A stretch of 64,000 nucleotides of DNA from Candidatus Saccharimonadota bacterium (GCA_046350735.1 JAXLZU010000001.1:204530-268529), one strand, 5' to 3'. Counted from the first letter of the stretch, positions 27,965-38,775 are shown. Notes: a model not told the origin generated them from the letters alone. Made by a program: numbers and translations.

Positions 27965-30808
27965 ATGAAAAACTATGATCCCAAAGAGATAGAAGCCAAG
28001 TGGCAAAAAATTTGGCAACAAACAGATTTGTATAAAACTCCAGAGAATCCTAAAAAACCATTTTATAACTTGGTAATGTTTCCCTATCCAAGTGGCGATT
28101 TGCATGTGGGGCACTGGTACAACTTTGCTCCTGCAGACACGCTGGGAAGATTTGCCCGCATGCATGGCTATGATGTGTTGCAGCCTCTTGGCTATGATGC
28201 TTTTGGTTTGCCCGCCGAGAATGCAGCTATTAAGCGAGGTATACCGGCAGACGAGTGGACTGCCAAAAATGTCGCTAATTTTCACCAACAATATCTTAAT
28301 CTTGGTGGCATGTATGATCTAAGTAAAGAAATAAATACATCGAGCCCAGAATATTATCGCTGGACCCAATGGTTGTTTTTGCAATTATTTAACGCCGGCA
28401 AAGCCGTGCAGAAAGAGGCTTATGTCAATTGGGATCCAGTAGATAAAACTGTGCTTGCCAACGAGCAAGTAATAGACGGCCATGCCGATAGAAGTGGGGC
28501 CAAGGTAGAGAGAAAATTACTTAAGCAATGGTTTTTTACTATTACCGATTATGCCGATGAGCTTATTGATGATCTCGAAGGACTAGACTGGCCAGACAGA
28601 GTAAAACAACAACAGATAAATTGGATTGGTAAAAGCCATGGAGCTCTTGTGAAATTTCCATTGGTTGATGCCGATGACTACATAGAAGTTTACACTACCA
28701 GAATTGACACTATTTTTAGCGGTACATTTATTGTGCTTGCACCAGAACATCCAATGATAGCCAAACTAACAGAAGCCAAGTACAAAAAAGAAGTAGAAGA
28801 ATATATCGAACAAGCTGGCTCTAAAACCGATGTGGATCGCCAAGAAGCCAAAGAGAAGACAGGCGTATTTACTGGTAGCTATGTAACTAACCCGGCCAGT
28901 GGAGAAAAAATGCCTGTTTGGGTGGCTGATTTTGTGTTGGGCGGATATGGTACCGGCGCTGTCTTTGCTGATGCGCATGATGAGCGTGATGTAGAGTTTG
29001 CTCGCAAGTACAAGATTCCTTTAAAAGAATCTATCGAGCCGGTTACTGGTACACCTCAAGAAAATCCAGAGTTTCGACGAAGTATTGTTGCATTGGTGAT
29101 AAACCCAGAGACTAATGAAGTACTCACCATCAACTGGGGCAAAAACAATGGCGGCCATATCTTTATTGGTGGTGGTGTTGATGAAGGCGAAGACATTATT
29201 GAGTGCGCCAAACGAGAAATTGCCGAAGAAACTGGCTATAACGACATTAGCTTTATTAAACAGACAGAAAACATTCACCATCATTATTTTGCACATTCCA
29301 AAAATGTGGCACGCGAAATTTTAGCTACCGGCCTACTATTTGAATTAAACTCTGACAAGCAACAAGATCAGAAGTTAGAGCACGATGAAGAGGGTAAATT
29401 TAGTGTTGAGTGGCAACCACAAGCTAAGGTAGATCAACTGGTTACTGACGAGCTTCACCAATATGTATTCGACAGACTCATTAATAACAAAATATGGTCT
29501 GGTGATGGTATTTTGTATAACTCAGACCAATTTGATGGCATGACATCTAGTCAGGCTCGCAAAGAAATTACTGATTGGTTGGCAGAAAAAGGCTTGGCCG
29601 AACATAAGACACAGTATAAATTGCGCGATTGGCTAATAAGCCGTCAACGGTATTGGGGTGCACCTATCCCAATAATTTATTGTGAAAAGTGTGGAGTTGT
29701 GCCAGTACCAGAAGAAGACCTCCCTGTGCTATTGCCTCTTGGACAGAAATTTGATGCCTCTGGGCAATCTCCTCTCTTGCGTGATAGTTTTACCAAAACA
29801 GTATGTCCTACTTGTGGCGGCAGTGCCAAAAGAGAAACTGATACAATGGACACATTTGTAGATAGTAGCTGGTACTATTTGCGATACCCGAATACTCAAT
29901 ACACCAAAGCTGCTTTCGACCCAGACGCCGTAAAGACATGGCTACCAGTTGATAGATATATGGGCGGAATAGAACACGCTATTTTGCACTTGCTCTATGC
30001 TCGGTTTATTACTAAATTCTTGCATTCCGTAGACTTAATTGACTTTAACGAGCCATTTACCAAGCTAATTAACCAAGGTATGATCTTAGGCCCAGATGGC
30101 AATAAGATGAGCAAATCTAAGGGGAATGTTATTGACCCTATGGAATACCTCCAAAAATATGGTGCTGATGCACTGCGATTATATCTAATGTTTATGGGTC
30201 CATACGAGGATGGGGGTCCCTGGGATACCGGAAGGTTTGAGGGTACATTCCGCTTTATCAATAAGGTCTACAATTTAGTTATTGAGCCATACCGTCAGAC
30301 AGATATCGACACGATAATAGAAGCAGATGTAGAAACCCGACTGCACAAGGCTATTAAGAAAGTTGGCGAAGATTTGGGAGCTGTTAAATTTAACACGGCT
30401 ATTGCATCACTAATGGAATTTGTTAATTTCCTTACCAACATCAAGCAGGCCGGCAACATATCTGAGTCTGCTTGGCAGCAGACAGTTAATACGCTTATTA
30501 AAGTTATGGCGCCACTTACACCATATCTAGCTGAAGAGTTATGGGAACACATAGGAGAGGGAGAGAGTGTGCATTTGCAAGCTTGGCCAAAATACAGCGA
30601 AGACAAAGTTAAAGATGATGTGGTAACTATTGTGGTTCAGGTAAACGGTAAGCTCAAAAGCGAGTTCGTTGCCACCTCAGGTAGTAGCCAGGAAGAATTA
30701 GAGACAATGGCGCGCAATTTAGATAAAGAAAAGAATTTTACTAAAAATGGTGAGATAGTAAAAGTTATTGTAGTGCCAAATAGACTTGTAAATTTTGTAG
30801 TAAGATAA
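27965..30808 (+). CDS. leuS: leucine--tRNA ligase with NUDIX insertion
   Basis: MFPYPSGDLHVGH, DWLISRQRYWG, KMSKS; NUDIX box inside CP1 region. Confidence 0.97.
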   Translation: MKNYDPKEIEAKWQKIWQQTDLYKTPENPKKPFYNLVMFPYPSGDLHVGHWYNFAPADTLGRFARMHGYDVLQPLGYDAFGLPAENAAIKRGIPADEWTAKNVANFHQQYLNLGGMYDLSKEINTSSPEYYRWTQWLFLQLFNAGKAVQKEAYVNWDPVDKTVLANEQVIDGHADRSGAKVERKLLKQWFFTITDYADELIDDLEGLDWPDRVKQQQINWIGKSHGALVKFPLVDADDYIEVYTTRIDTIFSGTFIVLAPEHPMIAKLTEAKYKKEVEEYIEQAGSKTDVDRQEAKEKTGVFTGSYVTNPASGEKMPVWVADFVLGGYGTGAVFADAHDERDVEFARKYKIPLKESIEPVTGTPQENPEFRRSIVALVINPETNEVLTINWGKNNGGHIFIGGGVDEGEDIIECAKREIAEETGYNDISFIKQTENIHHHYFAHSKNVAREILATGLLFELNSDKQQDQKLEHDEEGKFSVEWQPQAKVDQLVTDELHQYVFDRLINNKIWSGDGILYNSDQFDGMTSSQARKEITDWLAEKGLAEHKTQYKLRDWLISRQRYWGAPIPIIYCEKCGVVPVPEEDLPVLLPLGQKFDASGQSPLLRDSFTKTVCPTCGGSAKRETDTMDTFVDSSWYYLRYPNTQYTKAAFDPDAVKTWLPVDRYMGGIEHAILHLLYARFITKFLHSVDLIDFNEPFTKLINQGMILGPDGNKMSKSKGNVIDPMEYLQKYGADALRLYLMFMGPYEDGGPWDTGRFEGTFRFINKVYNLVIEPYRQTDIDTIIEADVETRLHKAIKKVGEDLGAVKFNTAIASLMEFVNFLTNIKQAGNISESAWQQTVNTLIKVMAPLTPYLAEELWEHIGEGESVHLQAWPKYSEDKVKDDVVTIVVQVNGKLKSEFVATSGSSQEELETMARNLDKEKNFTKNGEIVKVIVVPNRLVNFVVR

Positions 30809-30890
30809 TACATATTCAGCCGGTTCTCAGTTTTGCCAAGTAAAGTAATAGCTAGGTAGCAAGGGGACTGTCGCAGTGATATTGTTGGGG

Positions 30891-31139
30891 TTGCAATTTT
30901 GAGTAATTTTTGCTACAATACTCCGTGAAATGCTTAAAGTTTAAGTCGTTTTATACGGCTTTGGCATTCTGGAGAATCCAGGTGTGACACCAATGGTGTC
31001 ATAGGTCTTTGTCTCTCTCTTTAGACCAAGACTTGTTGATTTCGAAGTCACATACATACTTGTGGCGTCGTTTAGTTCAGTACCTCTCTAGAATTATTTA
31101 GGTGTTTAATAACACAATTAAACCAAAGGAGGCATTGCT
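30891..31139 (+). promoter_or_regulatory. promoter and ~215-nt structured leader of rpmF-nusB operon
   Basis: TTGCAA-17-TACAAT; serial hairpins; AAGGAGG SD. Confidence 0.65.
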
Positions 31140-31310
31140 ATGCCAGTACCAAAAAAGCGTCGTACCAGCGCAACTCGTGGTCAACGTCGTAGTCACGACA
31201 ACCTAGAAAGTTTGCAGCTAATGTACGAAAAGAATTCCAAATTAAATGTACCTCGTCGCCTTAAAAAAGCAGCCGAACTCGGCCTTTTAAAGACTCGTCG
31301 AAGTATCTAA
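31140..31310 (+). CDS. rpmF: 50S ribosomal protein L32 (Cys-free type), not in ORF track
   Basis: MPVPKKRRTSATRGQRRSH..VPRRL; 56 aa. Confidence 0.93.
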   Translation: MPVPKKRRTSATRGQRRSHDNLESLQLMYEKNSKLNVPRRLKKAAELGLLKTRRSI

Positions 31311-31361
31311 CTAAAAGTTTCCAATCCCCCATAAAGTACGTTACAATTAAAAGTAAGAACT

Positions 31362-31976
31362 ATGGCATCGAACCGTCACCTCTGTAGAATAATCGCCTTG
31401 CAAAGTTTGTATGAATACGACTTTCGCACTTCTTTAGATATGGAAGATCTCAAAACCGATATGGATGAAATATTGGCACGAAATCTTGCAGTCTATGCAG
31501 ATTCTTTAGAAGAAGATGATTTTGTAGTAGACCTAGTAAAAGGCACACTAAAAAATCAAGATAAGCTCGATGCTCTGATAGTTCCGGCAGCTCCAGAATG
31601 GCCAATTGATCAGATTGCCAAAATTGACAAAGAGATATTGCGTCTGGCTACATACGAGCTTATGATAAAGCGCGATGTACCACCAAAAGTTGCTATTAAT
31701 GAAGCAGTAGAACTAGCCAAAAGTTTTGGCGGTGATAACTCTAGTAAGTTTATTAACGGCGTACTTGGCACAATCTATAGAAGTAGTGAAATATATGAAC
31801 CAGAAGAAGACAAAAAATTCCAGGCAGAAAAGCAGGCGATGGCGCCGCAGTCAGCAGAATCAGCAAAAGCAGACAAACCAGCAAGCGCCAAACCAAAGCC
31901 AGTCAAATCAGGCGACAACGACACCGCAGGTGCAAGTTCAGAATCAGAACCAAAATCGCCAGCCAAATCGGAATAA
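31362..31976 (+). CDS. nusB: transcription antitermination factor NusB with low-complexity tail
   Basis: [41 protein letters not shown]. Confidence 0.96.
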   Translation: MASNRHLCRIIALQSLYEYDFRTSLDMEDLKTDMDEILARNLAVYADSLEEDDFVVDLVKGTLKNQDKLDALIVPAAPEWPIDQIAKIDKEILRLATYELMIKRDVPPKVAINEAVELAKSFGGDNSSKFINGVLGTIYRSSEIYEPEEDKKFQAEKQAMAPQSAESAKADKPASAKPKPVKSGDNDTAGASSESEPKSPAKSE

Positions 31977-32460
31977 GAAAAAACATCCCGGAGAGCATAC
32001 CCAGAAAGTTGCTCGTCAAAAAGCTGTCCGCGAATATTCTAGCGGAGGGATTGTTTTTCGTGTAGTTGATAGTTCTATAGAGATTTTACTCTTGCAAGAC
32101 CTTAAGACGCGTTGGTCTATTCCGAAGGGTCATATAGAATCTGGCGAAACCCCCAAACAAGCAGCTTTACGTGAAGTTTCCGAAGAAACCAATCTAAAAG
32201 AATTAAAGATACATTCTAAGCTCGATAAAATTCACTTCTTCTATCGAATGGAGGGTAAGCTTATCTTTATGACCAATTTTATTTATCTTATTGAGTCTAC
32301 CAACCACAATGAAACTATTAAGACAGAAGATGATGCGCCATGGATTACCGATGTGCAGTGGTTTGAAGCCGAACAGGCATATGATATCCTAGAGTATAAG
32401 GCAACCAAAATTATCTTGCGAGAGGCAATTAATCGCATTAAGGCTCTGTACAATCTCTAA
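31795..32460 (+). CDS. NUDIX hydrolase (Ap4A-hydrolase-like)
   Basis: [33 protein letters not shown]; start uncertain. Confidence 0.88.
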   Translation: MNQKKTKNSRQKSRRWRRSQQNQQKQTNQQAPNQSQSNQATTTPQVQVQNQNQNRQPNRNKKKHPGEHTQKVARQKAVREYSSGGIVFRVVDSSIEILLLQDLKTRWSIPKGHIESGETPKQAALREVSEETNLKELKIHSKLDKIHFFYRMEGKLIFMTNFIYLIESTNHNETIKTEDDAPWITDVQWFEAEQAYDILEYKATKIILREAINRIKALYNL

Positions 32461-33152
32461 TGGTATACAACAAAGAAAAAGTAGAAGCAGTGTTGGGAGT
32501 GACGTTTGAAAACGAAGATCTCTTAAAGACTGCATACACACACAGAAGTTACTTAAACGAGCATCGTCGAACGAGTTTAGAACACAACGAACGAATGGAA
32601 TTCTTGGGCGATGCTGTTTTAGAACTAGTTGTAACAGACTATCTTTATCGTAATTATAAGAATCCCGAAGGAGAGTTAACTTCTTGGCGCTCTGCTTTGG
32701 TAAAAACCGAGTCGCTCGCCGAACTAGCCGAAAAACTTCAACTTGGGCAGTTTTTGCTTATGAGTCGTGGTGAGGCAAAAACAGGTGGGCGTACTCGTCA
32801 GGCACTGCTTGCCAATCTTGTCGAGGCTACTATCGGCGCAATTTATTTAGAAAAAGGATACGACGAAGCCAAAAAATTTATCGAGAACAATATTGTTATT
32901 AAGCTAGACGAAATTATCAAGACAGGTGCGTATATAGACGCCAAGAGTCAGTTTCAGGAATTATCGCAAGAGAGTCATGGAGTTACTCCTAGCTATAAAG
33001 TTCTTGAAGAATCGGGCCCAGACCACGACAAAACTTTTTTGATGGGTGTATATCTTGGCGACAAAGAGTATGGTCGCGGAGAAGGTAGTAGTAAACAGGC
33101 TGCCCAGCAGAGTGCTGCACTAGATGGCTTAAAAAAATTACAAAAAAAATAG
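32460..33152 (+). CDS. rnc: ribonuclease III
   Basis: HNERMEFLGDAVL; dsRBD GPDH..G.G.SKQAAQQ. Confidence 0.97.
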   Translation: MVYNKEKVEAVLGVTFENEDLLKTAYTHRSYLNEHRRTSLEHNERMEFLGDAVLELVVTDYLYRNYKNPEGELTSWRSALVKTESLAELAEKLQLGQFLLMSRGEAKTGGRTRQALLANLVEATIGAIYLEKGYDEAKKFIENNIVIKLDEIIKTGAYIDAKSQFQELSQESHGVTPSYKVLEESGPDHDKTFLMGVYLGDKEYGRGEGSSKQAAQQSAALDGLKKLQKK

Positions 33153-33240
33153 TTTTCAAAATCATAAAAAATCGCTAGACTTAAGCTAACAGCTTGCAGA
33201 GTAAGTTGGGTACCTCTAGAGTACGAGGAGGTTAGAGCGT

Positions 33241-34011
33241 ATGAGCTTCTCAACATTGACAATTTCTGGCACATTGGCACCTCCACCCAGTCGGGTGTAT
33301 TACGAGCCTATCTTGAGGGTATGTTATAAATACAGCCGTACCAACACATTTTTTGAAACTATTTTCTTACTGGGTCTGGGAGATATTATTCGGGCTGTTG
33401 ATGAGCTAGATAAGAAATACTTTGTAGGTAATAATAACACCTTTGTATTGCTTGGCCACTCGCAAGGCGGATTAATTGCTAGCCTTCTAGCAATGCGTTA
33501 CCCAACAAGAGTAAAGGCGGTAATAGCCATAGCAACACCATTTAAAGGTACCACTTGGGTAGACCCGGTAAATATGCCAATTCGCGGCGCTATAGAGATA
33601 ATAACTAGATTAACACTCGGCAAAGTACGTCTTAAGCCAACACTGCGGCAAATGATTATCCCTATTTTGCCAATTGTTCGCGATCTTGGTGCACATAGTG
33701 ATGTTTGTGAAAGAATTGTTGAATATCTAGAAGATCAGATTGCGGGACACGAAACCTTTGCAATAATTGGTAGTAATGATATGTTGGTGTTTCCGCATCG
33801 TAGCGCTAATCCTGTAGGCCCATTAGTAACTAACTATATTGTTGCGCCGCATGGTGAATATAAAAAGCTTTTACCAGTCTTACCTCACGATCTCAACCAT
33901 ATTAATTCACGTGCCGGACATGTCTCGATTGTTCGTAACCCAGAAGTACTTGCGTTAATAGATAAAATTATTACACAAAAAGCAAACGGTTTACCGGCTT
34001 ATAGCGTATAA
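33241..34011 (+). CDS. alpha/beta hydrolase (lipase/esterase-like)
   Basis: GHSQGG elbow, ATPFKGT, D.LV, GH. Confidence 0.85.
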   Translation: MSFSTLTISGTLAPPPSRVYYEPILRVCYKYSRTNTFFETIFLLGLGDIIRAVDELDKKYFVGNNNTFVLLGHSQGGLIASLLAMRYPTRVKAVIAIATPFKGTTWVDPVNMPIRGAIEIITRLTLGKVRLKPTLRQMIIPILPIVRDLGAHSDVCERIVEYLEDQIAGHETFAIIGSNDMLVFPHRSANPVGPLVTNYIVAPHGEYKKLLPVLPHDLNHINSRAGHVSIVRNPEVLALIDKIITQKANGLPAYSV

Positions 34012-34080
34012 GCCGGTTTTCTTATAGGCATAATAATTTTGGTAATAATACATCTGGTTATGGCATGATACAATAAGGGA

Positions 34081-36600
34081 ATGAAGAGTGAGGGTCAGAT
34101 TCTACAGAGTCTAGAGATAGCTGGGTTTAAGTCTTTTGGTAAACGAAAAAAACTTGATTTTTCAAATGGAATTACCGCTATTGTTGGCCCAAATGGATCT
34201 GGTAAAAGTAATGTGGCCGATGCATTGCGTTGGGTACTTGGCGAGCAACGTACCTCGCGTATGCGTAGTGGTAAGTCAGAAGAACTTATCTTTCATGGCA
34301 CCGAAAGTAAGGCCATGGCAAGTGTTGCCGAGGTAACACTGGTACTCAATAACACAAATAATTTATTTGCCTTACCGGCCAGTCAAATAGAGATTAGTCG
34401 CCAACTTTACCGATCTGGCGAAAGTAGTTATCGACTGAATGGTCGTAAAGTAAACTTTGCGCGCGTTGAAGAACTATTGGCTAGTGCAGGTATTGGCAAA
34501 AATAGTTATGCAGTAGTTGGTCAGGGCACGATTGATCAACTATTAACAATGGATGGCAAGGATCGTAAAATGCTCTTTGATGAAGCATCTGGAATTCGAC
34601 AATACGAAATTCGTCGCATTGCCGCCAAACGCAAGCTTGAGCAGTCTAGTGCCGATTTAGAAAAAGTAACCGCTATTGTAGAAGAACTATTGCCAAGTTT
34701 GTCTGTATTACAGAAGCAAGCCGAGGTAGTGAAAAAACAAACTATTCTAGCAGATACTCTAAAGCAACTTAAAACTAATTATGTGTTGTACTGGCAAGAT
34801 AATTATCAGAAAGAAAAAGCTACTCTGCAGTCGTCTATGCAAAAAGATATTTTGTTACTCGAAAAAATCGAAAATAATCTCTCTCGGGCACGTCAAGACT
34901 CACAACAGCCCGACAATACAAAAAAAATGCAGCAGATAAAACACTATCAAGCCCAGATACAATCAGCCGAAAAAGAAAAATCGGCAATGGTTACTGCTCT
35001 AATTCAGCTTGAGGCGGAGATTGCTAGCTTACAAACTAATATTGATAGTATTAGTACTACTTCTGCCGCAGCAATAAAAGGTAAGGTTAATCACGAAACT
35101 GAGCAACAGGCCAAAATTCAAAAAAGCTTAGCTTTGCACACACAAAAGGTTGCTGAATATGACAATTTAATTAAAGATATTAATTCACAGTTAAAGACAA
35201 TCTCTAATACCCTAAATGAAACACGTAAACAATTAGAGAAGAGTCAGAAACGTGAATTTTTTCACCATGCTAGCGGTCTTATTACAACTGCACGCACTCA
35301 ATTACGCAATGCTACTGCAAGACGAGAAATAGATATTACCATGCAACGTCTTGCCGATATGATACAAATTGCACTAACCGACGATGCTACGGAATTGGCT
35401 CTTACTATTAACAAATTACAGCAAAAAATCAGTACGAGTATGGCTGAAAGAGAAGAGGTAGTGGAGGCACAGACAAAAGAAATTATTAAGATTAGATCAC
35501 TCGAGTTAGATTATTCGGCCAGTAAAGAGCGACTCAAAAACTTCCAGACCGAATTAGACACATTGCTAAGTAACGATCAGCTCAAAAAAGAGTCTATTGC
35601 AAAACTAAAAACAATGATAACTGACCAGTCTGCCTATAAGCGCAAGATAATCGTATTTGAGAAAGATATTTCTGTACTGCAAAATAAGCTGCTAACGCAG
35701 CAGCAAAACTTGCATCAAAAAGCCTCAAACGACATGTTTGCTCAGTTCGAAAAGTTAGTATCAGAACAAAAAACACTTGAGTTGCACATTGCGAATAATA
35801 AAGAACAACTCGAATATATTAACTCTCGAGAAACCGAACTGAGTAATTATAGAAAAGAATGGTTTGGTATAAAAAAGATTACTGGTGAGATACCGGTACA
35901 GCCCGTTAGATTAGAAGAGATTACAAAAATAGAGTCAGAGTTGAATGTTATTGATGATATTGATGCTGGTGCACTAGAACAGGCAAATGAATTATCCCAG
36001 AGGGTAATTTTTTTACAGACCCAGAAAAAAGATTTGCAAAAAGCCATAGCAGATAGTGAGCAGTTTATTCAAAAAATTGAAGCGCAAACTAAACAAAAAT
36101 TTATAAAGAATTTTGAAAAAATTAATGCCCAGTTTCAGAAATATTTTGTGATACTTTTTGGCGGAGGTACGGCAAAGCTAAGTTTGGTTACTAAAGAAGA
36201 ATTTGCTATAGATATTATAACTACACCTCCAGGCAAACGGACGCACAGTATTACTGCTCTTTCTGGCGGCGAAAAATCTCTGGCATCACTAGCTCTTCTA
36301 GCTGCTATTCTAACCAGCAATCCCACGCCATTTATTTTTCTCGATGAAGTTGACGCTGCTTTGGACGACGAAAACTCTACTCGGTTTAATACTATTCTAA
36401 AAGATCTTGCCAGGCATTCACAGATAATTGTCATTACACATAATCACGAAACTATGCAGGCTGCAAAACAATTGTTTGGTATTACTACTAGCCAGAAAGG
36501 CGATAGTGAGGTATTAAGTCTACAACTGCAACAAGCCGATAGCCTTACCCAAGAAGCTCAGGCGGCCAAACCTGTTGACAAGGCAGTGTCTTTGAAGTAG
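34081..36600 (+). CDS. smc: SMC-family ATPase, short, no recognisable hinge
   Basis: GFKSF, GPNGSGKSN, GQG, LSGGEKS, LDEVDAALD, ITH. Confidence 0.9.
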   Translation: MKSEGQILQSLEIAGFKSFGKRKKLDFSNGITAIVGPNGSGKSNVADALRWVLGEQRTSRMRSGKSEELIFHGTESKAMASVAEVTLVLNNTNNLFALPASQIEISRQLYRSGESSYRLNGRKVNFARVEELLASAGIGKNSYAVVGQGTIDQLLTMDGKDRKMLFDEASGIRQYEIRRIAAKRKLEQSSADLEKVTAIVEELLPSLSVLQKQAEVVKKQTILADTLKQLKTNYVLYWQDNYQKEKATLQSSMQKDILLLEKIENNLSRARQDSQQPDNTKKMQQIKHYQAQIQSAEKEKSAMVTALIQLEAEIASLQTNIDSISTTSAAAIKGKVNHETEQQAKIQKSLALHTQKVAEYDNLIKDINSQLKTISNTLNETRKQLEKSQKREFFHHASGLITTARTQLRNATARREIDITMQRLADMIQIALTDDATELALTINKLQQKISTSMAEREEVVEAQTKEIIKIRSLELDYSASKERLKNFQTELDTLLSNDQLKKESIAKLKTMITDQSAYKRKIIVFEKDISVLQNKLLTQQQNLHQKASNDMFAQFEKLVSEQKTLELHIANNKEQLEYINSRETELSNYRKEWFGIKKITGEIPVQPVRLEEITKIESELNVIDDIDAGALEQANELSQRVIFLQTQKKDLQKAIADSEQFIQKIEAQTKQKFIKNFEKINAQFQKYFVILFGGGTAKLSLVTKEEFAIDIITTPPGKRTHSITALSGGEKSLASLALLAAILTSNPTPFIFLDEVDAALDDENSTRFNTILKDLARHSQIIVITHNHETMQAAKQLFGITTSQKGDSEVLSLQLQQADSLTQEAQAAKPVDKAVSLK

Positions 36601-36677
36601 AATAAGTCAATGTTGTATTGCTTCTCGAATAAGCCGAGGGCATTCATAATCAAAAATAAGGAAAACATTCAGAATCT

Positions 36678-37163
36678 ATGTTAGTTATTCGTCTGGCCCG
36701 TCATGGCCGAAATAAATATCCTGTTTATCGTATTGTTGCTGCCGACAAACGCCGTGCTGCTACTTCTAAGTATGTAGCTATTTTAGGTAACTATAATCCT
36801 CATACCAAAGAGATTGTTCTCAATAAAGAAAAAATTGAAATGTATCTTAGTAATGGCGCTCAGGCAAGTGATAGAGTGTTACGTTTGCTAAAGGCAGAAG
36901 GTATTAAACTTCCTAGCTGGGCCAATATTCACGATCGCAATAAAGCTCCAAAGAATCAAGAAGAAGCTAGTAGCGACGCAGCTCCAGAAGGTGTAGAAAC
37001 AGCAGAAGCTACTGCAGATGTGACAGAAGCGAAAGCCGAAGATCAAAAAACCGATGTCGGTACTGCCAAAGAAGCCGATGAGGTAAAAAACGAGGCAGAG
37101 GCCCAAGAAAAAGCTGCCGAAGCTGCCGAAGAAGCTAGTAAAGAAGAAAAACAACCAGAATAA
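36678..37163 (+). CDS. rpsP: 30S ribosomal protein S16 with acidic tail
   Basis: IRLAR.G..YRIVAAD..LG.YNP..GAQ.SD.V. Confidence 0.96.
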   Translation: MLVIRLARHGRNKYPVYRIVAADKRRAATSKYVAILGNYNPHTKEIVLNKEKIEMYLSNGAQASDRVLRLLKAEGIKLPSWANIHDRNKAPKNQEEASSDAAPEGVETAEATADVTEAKAEDQKTDVGTAKEADEVKNEAEAQEKAAEAAEEASKEEKQPE

Positions 37164-37232
37164 CCACTGGTTGTTTTTGTTATTACCACATTTGTTGTAT
37201 AATGAAGATATTAATAAATAGGAGACCAAGAT

Positions 37233-37664
37233 ATGGCTGCAACAGAACACGACCAAGTTTTTCTCGAATACGTAGTAAAAGCATTGGTAGACCAACCAGA
37301 TAAAGTCGAAATTAAACGAACCGTTGATGAGCGAGGCGTACTCTTAGAGCTTACTGTAGACCCAGAAGATATGGGCAAAATAATTGGTAAAGCAGGTGCT
37401 ACTGCAAAATCTATCCGTACCCTGCTTCGTGTACTTGGTGCTAAAGACGATGCACGATATAACTTAAAAATTGTTGATCAAGAAGGTAGTGAGAGACCTG
37501 CTAGAGAAGACAATACTGATAATGAGCCAAGTAACGAGGTTGTAAGTGAAGAGGCTGCAGAACCTAGCGAAGAAGCACCAGTCAAAAGTGATGAAGACAG
37601 TAAGGCTGAAGATATTAAGGCCAAAGCTCGCGAAGGCTTAGAAGATCTCGACACAGACATCTAA
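37233..37664 (+). CDS. khpA: KH-domain RNA-binding protein KhpA
   Basis: VKALVD.P, DMGKIIGKAG.TAKSIRTLL; follows rpsP. Confidence 0.9.
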   Translation: MAATEHDQVFLEYVVKALVDQPDKVEIKRTVDERGVLLELTVDPEDMGKIIGKAGATAKSIRTLLRVLGAKDDARYNLKIVDQEGSERPAREDNTDNEPSNEVVSEEAAEPSEEAPVKSDEDSKAEDIKAKAREGLEDLDTDI

Positions 37665-37671
37665 GCGGTCT

Positions 37672-37779
37672 ATTCTCTTTGCACATTCTACGTTACAAGT
37701 TCTAAGTCCGCACTCGCTGTATCTTAATTACAGGTTGTTTGCGGGCTTCACTTGTTTCTTAAGACGAGCTAAAGAAAAT
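37672..37779. repeat. long imperfect palindromic element, copy A
   Basis: nested arms ACAAG/CTTGT, AAGTCCGCA/TGCGGGCTT, CTGTA/TACAG; alignable to 55398-55518. Confidence 0.75.
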
Positions 37780-37822
37780 CAATCTCTGCAAAAGAATATC
37801 TAAAAAAAGTAATATCTAAAAT

Positions 37823-38500
37823 ATGAAAAAAATCGCCATCATTACACTTTTTCCAGAAATGTTCGAGCCTGTACTAAACACTAGTATGTTATTAAAGGCC
37901 CAAAAACATCAATTGGTAGAATTTAATGTAGTAAATCTGCGGGATTTTGGTATTGGCAAGCGCAAGACAGTTGATGATACTCCGTATGGCGGAGGTGCTG
38001 GTATGATTTTAAAACCAGAACCAATTTTTGATGCAGTAGAGTTTGCTAGCAAAAAAATGTTGCAGCCAAAGGTGCTGCTAATGAGCCCACGCGGTAAACC
38101 GTTTAATCAACTTGTAGCCAAAGAACTAAGCAATGTAAAAGAATTAATTATTCTTTGTGGACACTACGAAGGCTTTGACGAGCGCGTAATGAGTATTGTA
38201 GATGCCGAGATTTCGATGGGCGACTTTGTGCTTACCGGTGGAGAAATTCCGGCTATGGCGGTTGTAGATGGAGTGGTACGTCTTATTCCGGGTGTACTGG
38301 GTGACGAGCAGAGTAATAAAGACGAGTCATTTTCTCAGGGTTTATTAGAGTATCCACAATATACCCGACCAGAAGAATTTAGAGGTATGGAAGTACCAGA
38401 AATCTTAAAGAGTGGAAACCATACCGAGATATCTAAATGGCGTAGGGGACAAGCGATAAAGAAGACTCAGTTGAACAGACCAGATTTAATTGACTTTTAA
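37823..38500 (+). CDS. trmD: tRNA (guanine37-N1)-methyltransferase
   Basis: [43 protein letters not shown]. Confidence 0.98.
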   Translation: MKKIAIITLFPEMFEPVLNTSMLLKAQKHQLVEFNVVNLRDFGIGKRKTVDDTPYGGGAGMILKPEPIFDAVEFASKKMLQPKVLLMSPRGKPFNQLVAKELSNVKELIILCGHYEGFDERVMSIVDAEISMGDFVLTGGEIPAMAVVDGVVRLIPGVLGDEQSNKDESFSQGLLEYPQYTRPEEFRGMEVPEILKSGNHTEISKWRRGQAIKKTQLNRPDLIDF

Positions 38501-38700
38501 TTAAATTGATTGCTATTCTCAATGCCTGCATGGATCGTCATGGTAGTCGGTGGACCGGGCTTCATTAGATTATGGATCTGCTCTCCGAGAAGTGGTGAGT
38601 CAATTTCTAAAGTACAGAAATATAATTATATGTTTTGGGAATTATTACATAATACAAAAATAGGGCCTAGTTGCCCTATTTAACATACATATTTAACTTT

Positions 38701-38775
38701 TGGCTGGGACGGAAGGATTCGAACCTTCGATCTCCTGAGCCAGAATCAGGCGCCTTACCACTTGGCCACGTCCCA
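38701..38775 (-). tRNA. tRNA-Gln(CTG)
   Basis: rc TGGGACGTGGCCAAGTGGTAAGGCG-CCTGA-TTCTGGC-TCAGG..GGTTCGAATCC..CCA. Confidence 0.96.
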
